This document shows, one piece after another, positions 24,094 through 37,091 of a DNA stretch of 64,000 nt. This DNA is from Marsupella aquatica. Its lineage: Eukaryota > Plantae > Marchantiophyta. The notes below the pieces were generated by a model. That model was given only the letters and a program-made list of their open reading frames with translations. It was not told the origin of the DNA and made no database searches. The stretch spans positions 14,934,699 through 14,998,698 of the forward strand of contig OZ316894.1 in assembly GCA_973895155.1 (NCBI GenBank), in the 5' to 3' direction. The position numbers were made by a program, and so were the translations under genes. Every line of letters starts with the position of its first letter. Positions within the stretch are counted from its first letter, which is position 1.

Positions 24094-27000
24094 CCTGAGA
24101 GCTCGTCGATCGCCCGATGCCTCCTCGTCGCTTATAGGCCGAGCCTTTCACGCTCGTAGTGTACCGGCCCCTTCGCCGGTCCGGGTAAGCTTGTGTCAGT
24201 GACCGCCTCCTAAGTTCGTTATACGGACCCGAGGGAGGGGGAAAGGGGGTCCATTACACGCTCGCAACCCGGGCGTGCAAATGGTGACCCGCCGCCAGCC
24301 CGAACATGAATTCCCCTTATTGACTAATGATTTCCTACTCATAATGGCTACCTAAATATTGTCGTTATGCTAATAATAATGGCCTAAGATACCCCTAACG
24401 TGTGTGCTAAGTGCGGTTAGACCAAATCACTCATTACCTGCCATTCCAGCGGTGTCACAATTGTTGCTTTCGTCCATGCCGTTGTGCAACCCTTTAGGTC
24501 CCAATGTTCGTCATTGCAGTTGTTGAGGGCTTGCCGGATGCCGACGATTCGGTTGTCTTGAATTAGAAGGTTGTCAAGCTCGTCGCTAGTAGGTGTCCAC
24601 AGGAATTCAGCCTTGATGAGTTCTCCTCCTAAGAAGGTCGTCTTCTGTTGCCATAGCCAAGCAAGTTCTTGTTGCTCGCGGGCTGCTCTTTCTGATTCTT
24701 CTTCTTCGTAAGTCCCGACGTACTCACTTGCCCGTTCAAACGGGCATCCCCAAAAATGTGCTGCTTGATTGGTGTTGCTCATTCCCTTCTCTGGCCGTGC
24801 TTGGTAGCTGCTTATGTCCCTCCCGTGTTCTCCTCTGTAGCTGACAGTTGTTGGCTTCTGCTTGCACTTTGCTTGCTCGAGGTGTGAATGTGAGCCGTCC
24901 TTCCTAGTTTGGCTTGCCTTACCCCCCTGCTTGGTCGATCTGCCCGTTGGTTACCCATACCCGCCGGCACTTAGTTTGCCCTAACCCTAATCGTGTTCCC
25001 TGTCGTGGCATCCTTACTTCTGGCCTCGGCTTGGGTTCCATAGTCACCCTTAATTGTTTATATTTTCCTTGTTTTTGTTACTATACTAATGTGTTTTGAA
25101 GGTATTCTCCTGGTTTTACCATTTAAATAGCCTAGTGATTCTTGGCTAGGCATCACACCAACCCACAACTAGTCTAAGTCCTTAGTGTTAGTCATTGGCT
25201 TTGCGCCTTGCCTTCGCCAGTGCCACACTCCACTGCCCACAAGTCTCCCCATGCTATGTCCTCCCTAGATGGCCTATCCGGGCGTGGACCATAAGGGAGC
25301 TCGGTGTCGGAGTCAGGGACACCGGAGCTAAGTGTTAAGGTAGTTGAGTTCCGTGACTGTCCAAGTGCTTGTTGGCAAGAATGGAGCACTCTACCCACCG
25401 AGTAGAGATGAAATGCACGGTTTCAGTGAAATGCTCCATCAAGCCAGCATAGTCATTGAAATGCTCCAAACCTGTTTCCACGTATTTTCCATCAAGAAAT
25501 TGGTTTGTGAGGTACATAGCTTGTCAACAAGCCCTCCACGGCACAAGAACCCTCGAACCATCTTCTCCTCCGCACCAAGCGGGAGGAAACAACAATGCAC
25601 ATTTGCAAAAACTTCCGCACCATAGCTGAACACTTTTCCTCCCACCGTTCAACTTCTCTACACTGAGGACCTTGGATGTCTTCACTCGGGAATGGTGGCT
25701 ATAGTGAGCCTCCCGCCTATAGTTCAGTCTATCCCCCGCTAATCTGTGGACTTAACGTCGTTCTTCCCGATAAACTTATGGTATGCTATTCATGACGACG
25801 TATCTTCAGATATGTCATTCCCAACGCCTTAGAAACTTAAGAACGTTGTCCCATAGTACGTCATCAATAACGTCATCTGGGGCCAGACAAGTAACCATGT
25901 CTAGTAAGACGTAATATGAGGTACATTGTACAATGCAAGGTTAATTACCGTGCCTTAAATGACGTAAATTTAATGTCACACAAAGCGACATTATCTGCTC
26001 CCGTCGGATCTCCGGACGACATCCGACTGCCGTCTGGAGATTAACGAGGTCTTGTCCAACGTTAATCCAAGGAAAGTCATTTTGGGTTAGGTTAAACCTG
26101 GTCCCGACATGCAAAAATGCAGTTGTGTGCATGGCAGAAAACATTCTAGGGTTATATATGCCAAAGAGTGGATTGATATGCACCATAGGCAGTGGTTTTG
26201 TTCTGGTCATAGGTGTTTTATCACTTGGGCTGATTGAGGCCACATTTTGGTGCTCTCTACTTTGGTGATCCTAGTAGGGTCCTGGCCGTGATTGGGTCTG
26301 GGTCTTGGATCTTTTGGTCTGGTGGTTACTTCTGTGCCCTCGTGGATTCTCCCTGGATCCGGGTTGTGGGTCTGCTGGGCTCTTGGGGTGCCTTGGGCCC
26401 TCGGGGGCTTCTTTTGTTGTGTCACTATGAGCCGTATGCCCCTGCGTTGTGGTGCAAGGAGGGCCGGCCCATAGGGAGTCGGGCCAGGGCATTTTTGGGG
26501 CAGTAGGAAGCACATATGTGTCAAGGGTGCACATTTTCTCCATCAATGGTCAGGGAAAACAGCTAATTGAATCCAACGGTTATAGATCCTTCCTGCCCAT
26601 GACCGTTTTTGTATTGGGACGGAGTTAAAAAAAGACGGGATCCCTTATTACAGTTGTAGATGATTTGGACTGGCTGTTATTGGACTGATTGTCGCCCCCC
26701 CACCCCCTTCCGTGGGGTTTTCACAGTATTAAAACTTAAATAAAAAAATCCATTCAAGGAAATATTGGGATGATTAAATAGTGTCACTGGCAAGAAAATG
26801 AAGGCTCACTCATTAATTAGTACGTATAATACTATTTTTGGGTGATAATAATTACCTACATATACTAATTATTATTTTGTGTGATACTACTAAGTGTAAA
26901 AAGTGCAAAGATCTTGAGTTCTACGAAATCTAGGATAGTGTATTGACGGTAGAGGATAAATAAATGAGGTGAAAATAAATGCGGGAGACCCATTAAATTC

Positions 27001-30000
27001 CTTCCTGCCCCCACCATTACATATTTCCTTTGGTGTGGTGACAGTCGTTACAGTGAGTATTTCTCAACCCCTGACTAGACAGAAGACACGAAAGAAGGAG
27101 ACGGTGTCGTGGAGCAGTAGTCTTTGGAAATCTTTCTCGTACGGGAAGCAGGATAGTTAGGAGGACAGATTGGCAGTGGTGCCGAAATTTTCGGACAATC
27201 GAAGGTTCGTCAATTTACAAACGATTGAAGAAACATCGGTGTCAGGCTCTTGTTGCCGTTTCTGATAAGAATTTTGTGGAATTTCGTCGATGTGGGGCCG
27301 GCTGCCTGTCCGTGGCTGCTTCTAGGGACAGCGTCGGGCAATGAAAGTAGTCCAGCAGTCTGGAGAAGAAGGTACAGATCGTGTCGATTGCTTCCGTTTT
27401 GCAGTTACGAGTAATGAAGCAATCCTGTCGATGATGTGCCTTGCTTTGTTCTACATGGCGATTTTTCACTACTTATGGTACGCAATAGCTGTGCGAAACA
27501 GTCTCATTCGTGTCCTGGGGCTGGTCGATAAACGCTTCCGTAGTTTCTGGCTGGTAGGATAGCTACTATAGTCTGGTGGAACACCAGTTATGTAATCGTG
27601 TTCAATTGGTAATTGGTATCAATTTGATTTTTATTGAGCGAAGATGATGAATTTGAAAGCGGTTGTCACTGTCTGGGCACCGAGGGTTCCATTGTTAGTC
27701 GGTTTATTTATTCATGGGCAGAGATCTTCCTTATCAACGTAAATAGCACTCCCCCCCTTGTTGTCACGCTAGGTGAATTTGCTTGGCTTTCCCGGTCGTC
27801 TACGTAAGATTTGGCGTGCACAACCATCCTTCCTAGACCTCTGCTTTATACAAAGTCGGTACTCGTCTAAGGTCAGATGGTGAAATTCAATTGGTTGGGG
27901 CCAGCCTTCTTAATTGCCGCACGTAATTTCTTAGATGTTATTCTCATCGCGCAGAGTGTGCTTGATTCAGCGCTGCGCTTTACCGGTTGTTCGGTTCACA
28001 TCTTGGTGCTCCTGACCCAGCGCTGTAACTTGTGATAGAACGAGTTCGTGAATTCCGATAACTTCGTTACTGTGCTTTACTCGACTCACAGCCCTGTCTC
28101 CACTTAGACGTTTCGTTTTCGAGTCGGCGTGTTGAGTTTTATACCGTTGGCATTGTACTTTACTGGCACAAGTGCAATATGCTTCTGTGGGAATATATCG
28201 GTTTCCAATAGTTTTATGGAAGTGCGGGGCGATCGTAACAACTCTGTTGCGGGGTTGCTGCCAATGAATTAAAGAGGTGCGTGGAGAGAGATTTGTTTGC
28301 TGAAACAGTCTTGCTCGAATTCTGTCATTTGTGACCGTCCGTACCAGTATAGTGTAACCCCGTGGAACAAACATTGGTCTCGTTCTAGAGCAAGACTGAG
28401 CACATGGGCCGGACGGTTTCCAATCTTTAGTTTATTGGAGACTCTCCATGAAAGCGATAACTAATTGGAAGAATTCGATTTGAGAAAACCGAGGGTGTGG
28501 GGAAAAGAAAATAGACGAGGGTGAGTGGATAATTTGTGCTCGGTTTGCTACAAGGACTTTGGACAAAACATTACAAAACACGTGGTAAGGTGCTGTAGCG
28601 AAGCTACAAATTAGTGATTGGCGAGCTTCGTTGTGTCCTATCTGTTTAAATCAAAGAAGCAGGTTCGCCTGATTTTCTTGAGCTAAGTCAGACGAAGGGT
28701 CAGTGGAGATTTTGGGGGTCCTCCTGCGACGTTCATCGTCTGCTTAAGCTGTGGTACAGCGTTATAACAATGCTCTCTTGATTAAAAGCGGCTTGCGGGT
28801 AGGTCTTTTTGGCAGTTTTTCAGTTCCTGTGTTGTGAGATCCTGTACGCGGAAGAACTTCTCTCTTAGAAGTTAAAAGCTGAAGACTGGTAGGGTTATCT
28901 GTCAAAATTTTGGCAAGAGTTCCATTAGGTGCGTACGTCTCCTGATGCCATGTCCAAGTTATACTGTTTCTTCTTATGTTCAATCCATTTCTTTGTATCG
29001 ATTGATATGCATGAATTTCCCTTGGAAATCTGCATTCAGTTTTCTATCGGTGAGATTATGAATGGAGTTGTCCCATTCGTCAGTTTGGCGTCATACCTCG
29101 AAGGGGTGAGGCTTGTAGACACTTGTGATTGGCATGAATCTCCAGTGGGTTGACATCAAACTTTGAGTCCCCCCCTCTGGGTTTGCCGTTTTGGTTGATG
29201 CGCTGGAGGTACGCAATGCGTTTCGGAAAGGCATGTCTCCTACTTTCGAGTTACAGAGAGGTTATCTAATCTGTGGCATGCTTAAGGTTGAGAGATATAT
29301 CGTCCTGGATACCCGGACTCCGCGGTAGCAATGCCTGCTGTTTAGTCCCATTTGGGATAAGCTATGCTAGTGGAATCATGAGCCAAATTGATTGAGAGAA
29401 TATTTGGAAAGTTTCCTTGGCCAGTGAGGGGCATGTCTTTGTCAAACTCTGCAGGTTTGGTCATATTTAGAGGCGCCTTTGTCTTGTCTGCCCCTTTTTT
29501 GCAATCTCAGCTTGGCTGGTAGGCCTCTCACGATAAAGTCCTCACCGGTAATATGGAATGCTCATAAATTGAACAGTTCTAAACTGCTTGATATCCTTTT
29601 GTTCCCCTTTCCCTCAGAACTTTGATAAAGATATCAAACTCCACCCAGTAGGTATCTATTTGCTTATTTTAATGTCCAGCAACGTTGACAGGATTGAATG
29701 CTCCCTGGACCTGCGGGGCTTCCATTCAAACTTTTCAAGTAGTCCAGCCTGAAGCTGCACGAGCTTTCCGGCGTTAATGTTACTTACATTGCGACAAGTA
29801 CTTGATAACCAGAGGCAGGATATTTCAATCGGTATTCTATCGAGGTCGGAACAGTGTATGATTTGGACTTAATAATGAAATTATGACTACAAATATGTCG
29901 TTGATGGGACAAGTAGGTTGTACAGAGATGTTTTTGAGATTTGATGCCATCTCGGAGAGAATGAATTATGTTTGAATCACTCCAGGGACGTGGGGCTGGC

Positions 30001-31049
30001 CAATGTTATTGTTGCACTCTTTAAAGGTAACCTTTATCACATGGAAGCCATTGCTTTACTATGACCATGTCCCCCACCCATGTTGGAGAGGATCAACATC
30101 AGTTTCAAAATATCCGAAGGGATTGCGAAATCTGAGAGACTGCACGTTGGCTGTTCACGCAGTATACATACATTCTCAACATCTGAGACTTAGATTCATC
30201 GTATAGTGGTGTACGGGTTTTGCAACGGAAGTAACTTTCATTGCAGTTCTGTCTTATATCTGTTGCCAACCTCCTGCGACTCTGATTAGAAACTGTTTGT
30301 TAATATCCCGTTGGGGTCTTAGGGTCGCCTGCTCAAGCTGCACACCAGACTCTTCGTCAAACGATCCTTATCGCAGCTTTTAGGGTACTCGGCTTTTAGA
30401 AGGTAGCAAATTCAGTAAATTCCGTGGCGCTTGGTCATTTTTGGAGGGAGGGATACTGCTGTTGAAGATCACATATTTTCACTCATTTGGAATTGGTTTG
30501 TCTGGTTTGTGTTTACTGCAGGGCTTATTGCTGTGGTGGAACAATCAGATGTTGGAGGCATTGACTTCACAGTGGTCTCCCTTGTTAAGTAGCAGATGTG
30601 AATCGGTAGCCTCTACTTTTGAGACAGTTACCTCCCATGGCTGCAGGTGCTAAAGTTGATTTTGAGCAGGTGAAACCGACGTGGTATTGGAGGGCATATC
30701 CTTAGAGCAAAAGGTATTAATCTTACATGAGATTTGGAAAACAAAGCTGTTTCAAAACCAATTGTTAACTCAACTCTACTTACAGAGAGGTTTCATTATA
30801 CTGGAGGTACTGTGAAGCTGAATATCGTGTTGGGTTTGGTAATCCGAATAGCCCCCTTTTTGTTTTTGTTCTTGGACATCGGACATGTTTGGGTTGATCT
30901 GCTAAGAGTATAATATTTAGAGTTTGATGTTGTGAACATTGGTGATGACAATGTGAAGTTGATAGCTTTCCAGGGAGCCAACGTTCTGAAAGTAGGTCCT
31001 GAACCTTTGAAGAGAAGGAAACTTCTTCATTTGTGCTACTGAATTGATA

Positions 31050-34000
31050 ATGGGGGGATCATGCTCAAGAAAAAGAGATGAACAAGAAATTGAGGGTGTT
31101 GAACTGAGTCCGGAACCAGGAAGGCTAAGCAGGAGCATAAGCCTGAGATGGCCAGTAAAACACCTTAGCTTTCATCACGGAGAAGAAACTGGTTCCAGGG
31201 CAGGACAGTACCCATCTCTTTTGGAGATATCAGTTCAGGTTATATGCCAGGTACTCGTTGTAGATGTTGTATTCATTAGAGTGCTTATTTCCATTTCGAG
31301 GTTTTATGCAACATGATGACTAGTCTAGGCCTTTGCATATATTGGGACGTGGAGTAGGTTCCCAAATACGTAGGGCTGTAGACGTTGGTTTGGCTTTAAA
31401 ATGTCGCTGTCCTACCCTCAGAAATTCTCCGTGTACTTTCTGTGCTTTCCTCGCCTTAGGTGTTCTTCGGACCTCTAGATCAATTCAATTTGATTCAGTT
31501 CCTGAGCTCTTCTGCAACTGTTTCATGACAGAGCGTTGGTAGATATGGCTCGTTGGCTATGCTACCAAGGGACCTGAGTCAACAAGTGTTTAATGAGCTG
31601 GTTCGACGTCAACTCCTCTGTGGGTCTGTGCTCCGTGCATTTATCGACTGTGCCCTTCAGGTTCATTGCATACCAACGACATTTCTTTTCATTCTTACAG
31701 ATTTGGCTGGTCGTTGACATTAGTAAATACGGGATGCTTGCTTTGCGTATCACTTAGGAGCATTCTTAAGATTCAATTGCCTGCCACAAGTATAGAGGAA
31801 GTTGCATGTACTGGTCTCGATTGTTAGTGATCACTTCTGGTTGCGTGATTGACTAAACTGGCAGGATGTTATTCTTGGCGATTATTCTGGAGTTGACGAT
31901 AGTTGGATGGAGGTGGTTGGCAGGCAGGGTGAATCCTTGCTAGCGATTGATATCTCAAGCTCAGCTGTCACTGATACAGGACTTCTTTGTATTGAGGGAT
32001 GCCAGAATTTGCAGAGACTCTGTCTCAATTATTGTGATCAGATTTCTGACATTGGCATCTTGCCTTTATCAGGCAAGTAATACGCCACGCCTAATTTTAG
32101 GGTTTGAAGTCTTGCCAGTGTTTGCAATTTGACATGGTTAAGCAGATAGCTTTGCTTGCAGTCAAGTATGTCTTTACTACTTATCCCCCATCTTGTACAT
32201 TAATTAGTAAGCTAATCTTTGACAGTATGTTTCACTCTTTTTGTTTCCCTAAACAATACTGTTGGCTCCTGCAACATGTGGGGAGTTCTGAGTACGTCTA
32301 TTTTATCAGAAGGTTCTACATCGGTTTTCTCGATTCTAGCGGAGGGTTTTCAAACTGTTTTTACTAACTTGTACTTTTGATAATTTAGGTTTAACGAATT
32401 TGACTTCTCTGAGTTTCCGTGGGAGTTGTGCAATAACTGCCAATGGTATGAGTCATCTGTCAGAGCTTGTTAATCTTACAAGCCTTGACTTGGAAAGATG
32501 CCCAAGGATACATGGGGGTCTAGTGCATCTCAAAAGTATGTTGTTCCTACCCTGCAGTCCTTTTTGCCTCTTATTCCCACTCTTGTGTATTACGCGTAGT
32601 TGTAGCCTCAGATCTCCTTCAAGACTTTAACATAGAACTGCGTTATTGTCCAGTTTACTACCACCTTACGAGTTTTCTTGGAATTGGCAGAGCTTACACA
32701 ACTGAAGAGTTTGAATGTTGGCTGGTGTATCTGCATAAAAAATTCTGATGTAAAGTCACTGGCAGGTATGTGACTTTGATTGCTTGCTTCCATTGAGTGG
32801 TGTTGTTTGGGCCAGTGTTTGTTTGAGCTTGGCTTCGCTGCAGTTTGGGGGATGGGAAGTCAGTCATCGATCTGCGATGCAACGATTCCATTTTTGTTGG
32901 TCTACATTTTAGTTCATTGAAAATAAGTTCTAAGTTCTATATCTGATATCGTTAGAGAACTTCAAAGGTCGTACACAAGTCCTTATTGTCGTATTGTTCT
33001 AGCACGTCAGGCTTCTCACTTCCATGTCAAGTACTTGTGCAGCAGTAAATTTATTGGTTATGAAGTCTATCACCTTATGTTATAGTCTCCTTTTGCAGGC
33101 CTCACTAATCTTGAAGACCTACAAATTTCGAGAAGCAAAGTAAATGATGCTGGGATAGCATCCTTGAAAGGTGATTGAAAGACGCGTTAGATTTTATCAA
33201 GCTGAACAGTAGCGTGTGGTACTAGTACAAAACTTACGTACTGCAAAGTTAGACTTCAAACTCTGTAGCAGTTTCACATTTACAAGAACTCATATGAGTC
33301 ATCTCTGCTTTTGAGCATGTCTTCATGATGCTGTTGCATTTTCATCCAAGAAGCAGGGCAACAGAAAGGTCAAAAGATTGTACCATTGTATTGCACAGGT
33401 TTAAGAAAGCTTCAGAACCTGAGCATGGAGGGCTGTCCTGTTACCGTAGCGTGCATGGACACCATTGCTGGTAATGAGCTAAATTTAGGAAACGGGGTTT
33501 TCGAGTAATTTATAATCTTTTGCTCTTGACTTGTAGAAGTGGTGCTGTAAAAATTCTGATCTTTACCTTGTACCGTTAGCATCCCCCTTCACGATCGATA
33601 TCTGGAATTTCTTTAGAAGAATTTCCTCGTTTTGGAGATCTTGATTTTGTGATTAGTCACAGCTTGTACACATAGCAGTAATTTTGTGGTTGGTGGGCTG
33701 TGTAGGCCTGACTTCTTTGACCTCGCTCGATATCAAAGCTTGCCAAATCTCTGATGCTGGCTGCCGAAAACTTGAAGGTTAAAAATTTGCTCCTGCCTGG
33801 TTGCCTTCCGGTTCTCGTTAGTGCAGATTGATGCTTTGGGTTGTGTTAGAAGGAGACTTTGTGTGTGCTGTTGAAACAAGCTGGCTGAGAAGGAGGTTCC
33901 ACCAAGAATGTCTATATGCATAGCGGTTGAATTTGATCATTCTCATTGCCCAGACCTGTCTAGGAAGTTAGACTGGCCACAGTTTCAGATGACGCTGCAG

Positions 34001-37000
34001 CCCTCGTTTCCTTCCACGGGATTTTTTCTGGCGAATCTCCTTTCCTGAGTTGTTTTGCTTCCAGTGCTCTTGGAAAGATGGAATTGAATAACTGATCTCC
34101 CTTTTGTGAGTGCAGGGCTTACAAAACTGCAAAGTTTAAATATGGGGTATAACCTTAATGTAACAGATGTTGGGTTAGCCAGCTTAAGAGGTAATGCTAC
34201 TAAACTAGCTCAGGACTGTTTATGAATGTAGTCCGCCTACAAAATATAGTAAGTCATAACAATCTCAAGTCAAGTTTTCACTCCTCAGTAAGTGCATGTT
34301 AATTATTATATTCTTATGATACTCATCTTATAGATGAGATAACTCTTCGAGGCTGCAGATGTCAGTCTTGTTTTGCAGATTTAAAAACTTGATTAGCAGA
34401 CTCTGGAGGATTAATATTCCCTATCTCATTATCTCTTGGAATTTTCTTGACTGAAGAGAGCCGCAGGCATTGTGGCATAACAGATATTGAGGGAACTTAA
34501 TGGAGAAAGTTAGGTATACACTAAGCTGGAGTTTGCGCATGCATGCAGGGTTGAAAAATTTGGAGAATCTGAACCTGGACTCGTGCAAGGTCGGAGACGC
34601 AGGGATGGAACACCTCAAAGGTATTCAACACCCGCTGAGACATTTTTATTGGCTCAAATATGTCGGTCTGTCAGAGAAGCTTGCTGCCTGTGGATATTCT
34701 AAGTTATAGATTAGTAAAATCTCAAGGAGGATTGAAACTTGTGTAGGTGTAGTTTGAGATCTCCGTCTAAGAAAAGCCTTAAATTCACCGCGAGAATTTC
34801 CACTTTTGTTCAATAGTACATTTGAATGTGCCAACAGATACCGTTTGCCTCGAAGAGTGTTTGAATGTCAGGGTTATCAATGAAGTTAATCCTGTTACTC
34901 GGCGTGTAAAGGGAAGTGTGCTTTCGTGCTTTAGCTGATCCCAGGAACTTCTGATCATAGAGGTTTTCAAGATTTCATACTGATATAGTCGCAAACTTGC
35001 TGCTCAAAACTTTGTTGATATGCATTCATATTAGCAAGCACCGGTATCACCACAGTGAACTTACTTTGACCTGTATCACACATCAGGGCTTCACAATTTA
35101 CACACTCTTGACCTGTCAGACTCAGATGTGGGCAATAATGGGCTACAGCATCTTTCAGGTAACAAGCAAGTGCTCCTCGATTTTGACTGATATCAGCTTT
35201 TCATTTGTCTGAATCAATGGGCACGTGCTCATTGCCATTACATATTCTGTTTTTAAGACTAGTTTCTTTCATAAATTGAGACAAGATCGAACTTGTTGCG
35301 TCTGCAGAGGAAATACTTCAGTGAGACTTATCTTGGAAAATTGACAATACAGTGACAGGTTGTTTTCGATTGTGATTCAGGTTTAACCAACTTAAAGAGT
35401 TTGAATTTGTCTTTCACATCAGTATCAGACAGTGGAATGAGGAAAATAGCGGGGATAGTGTCGCTCACATCGCTCAATCTTGACTCGCGTCAAATTACAG
35501 ATGTTGGTCTTGTGGCTCTAACTAGTAAGTATCTAGGAGAGCTGGTGGGGATGCGCAACTTGTGTTTTGCCTTCTGTCCGTTTAAGAGATTTTGTAGGAG
35601 GTATTTGATTAAACAAGCAATTCTCGCCTGTTGTCTGTTAATGTAGGTGTGAGACGCATTAGCAACTTGTTTAAACTAACTGTGCAGGTAGTTTGCACGA
35701 ATTGGATATAATTTAGGCGACGGGAAAACTGAACAGATCTTTGAAAATTTCTTTGTTATTTTCAATGTTCTGGTGAAGACATTTAACCCTTGATACGTTT
35801 TTCATTCTCCTTGTAGGTTTGACCAATCTGACACACTTGGATCTCTTTGGTGCACGGATTACAGACGACGGCACAGCCTCCCTTCGACGTATGTTGTAGA
35901 AAAACTTCAATCACACATACCTCTCGATTTGACTCGGCTCTTTCGTAATACTGTGGAGGGCTTCCCAAATTGTTCTTGATTTACTGCTAAATTTTGTAGA
36001 TGCTCAGAGTTCGTTCTCTGCTGTTTTTGTTTTCACTCCCTGGCAGATCTTTGAAAATAACAAAGAAAATTTTCACACTTTTCTGAGTGACGGACTATCT
36101 CGATTATTAGCATGTCTTCACGTGGGGTTGCTAAGTGGATTTGGTTGCAATGTGCACAATCCATGAATCAGATTTCAAAAGGCTTCAGTCACTAGAGCTA
36201 TGCGGTGGAGGAATAACTGACGCTGGTGTGAGAAATATAAAGGACTTGACTGCATTGACTTGCCTGAATCTTTCACAAAACTGTCATTTGACCGATCATG
36301 CTCTGCAGTTCCTCTCTGGTACTGCTCTTCTATCACAAAGTTTTGCTTTCTGTTGTGTGTTCCTTTGATTGTCTTCAGATCGGACTCTTCCAGCAATAAT
36401 CTTCACAGTTAAAAGACAATTATATATTTTGGCCCTTTTCCGTAGCTCTGATGTTGGTGGGTTGGGAAACACCTTTTTCTCGAACATCTGTATCCCGTTG
36501 CACACAAGTATCAAAGGCTAGCAAGCAACAACTTTTATTGTTGGGAGAAGCCTGTGTGGTAAGGATCCTGATAAGCACCCTCTTATGCGAACTGAAGCTG
36601 TGGAGTCAATGGAACACAATCGAAAGGCTCCCTATTGGGATTCAGAAAGTCCGAATGTGAAACCCCTTTCCTGTTAAACTTCTTGGGCCAAATTCGTGCT
36701 GGGGAGTGCTCAGAAAGTGGCACAGCCTAGATTGAGAAGATCTCAGCTTTGCAATTCCTTTCACTTCATTCTACATTGCTTGCCATTGGTTGTCAAGGAA
36801 TCCAGACCAACTCAGGCATATCTATGAAATAGCAACTTTTATTCATAAGTTGTTTGTATCTTACATCTTCTGATATCCTGCATGATGATTTCTTGTTGTG
36901 ATGATCTAGGAATGACAGACCTGGTGTCTCTGAACGTGGCCAATTCACGGATCACAAATGCAGGATTGCAGCATCTACGGCCGCTAAGCAACTTGACGTC

Positions 37001-37091
37001 TCTTGCCCTTCAAGGCTGCAAGACCACTCTCCTAGCTGTTGAAAGACTTCAGTCATCTTCGATGCCGAACTTGACAGTGATCCGGCGATGA
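31050..37091 (+). CDS. Leucine-rich repeat (RNI-like) protein, At1g15740-like (often annotated F-box/LRR-repeat protein 14-like), 579 aa, 15 coding exons
   Basis: Exons: 31050-31250, 31532-31660, 31865-32072, 32389-32535, 32691-32765, 33099-33170, 33399-33470, 33706-33777, 34116-34190, 34549-34620, 35087-35158, 35381-35524, 35817-35888, 36172-36318, 36910-37091; total 1740 nt, open frame. N-terminus MGGSCSRKRD (myristoylation-type), then PSLLEI, LPRDLSQQVFNELV and repeated GLTNLxxLxL LRRs. Introns are GT-AG except one GC-AG. Confidence 0.93.

Larger units (their letters stand above)
20479..24459 (-). mobile_element. Solo LTR B (3981 bp) containing a large ORF
   Basis: Minus strand TGTGACACCG...GACGTGACA. 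Flanks ACTGT (20474-20478) and ATTGT (24460-24464) form a 5-bp TSD with one mismatch. The interrupted ORF rejoins in frame. No gag/pol inside. Confidence 0.9.
17428..24782 (-). pseudogene. LTR-embedded accessory ORF (copy A), about 1100 codons: 24782-24465 joined to 20478-17428
   Basis: Removing LTR B and one TSD copy restores the frame (...WTKAT-VLGESSG...). It continues through a basic patch (AKRTRL), a core LLEFVGSWD...TKIYGRDFFLTSNVIAGVFGLP...NGFLRSTC and a long coiled coil (17733-18995). Stops and frameshifts are present. Confidence 0.8.
16444..25980 (-). mobile_element. ORF-bearing long LTR, copy A (interrupted by solo LTR B); left boundary uncertain (16444 or 17147)
   Basis: Minus-strand start TGTGACATT at 25980, a large ORF, a TATA-like TTTTAAAAAGGG at ~17245 and the family U5 motif (+ strand AGGTATGTTTGGATTCCGCCGCCGGAA) at ~16597-16622. 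Confidence 0.55.

Noticed and set aside
27242-30981. Small ORFs upstream of the LRR gene as separate genes
   Set aside because: They are short with no recognisable domains, consistent with chance ORFs in UTR or intron sequence.
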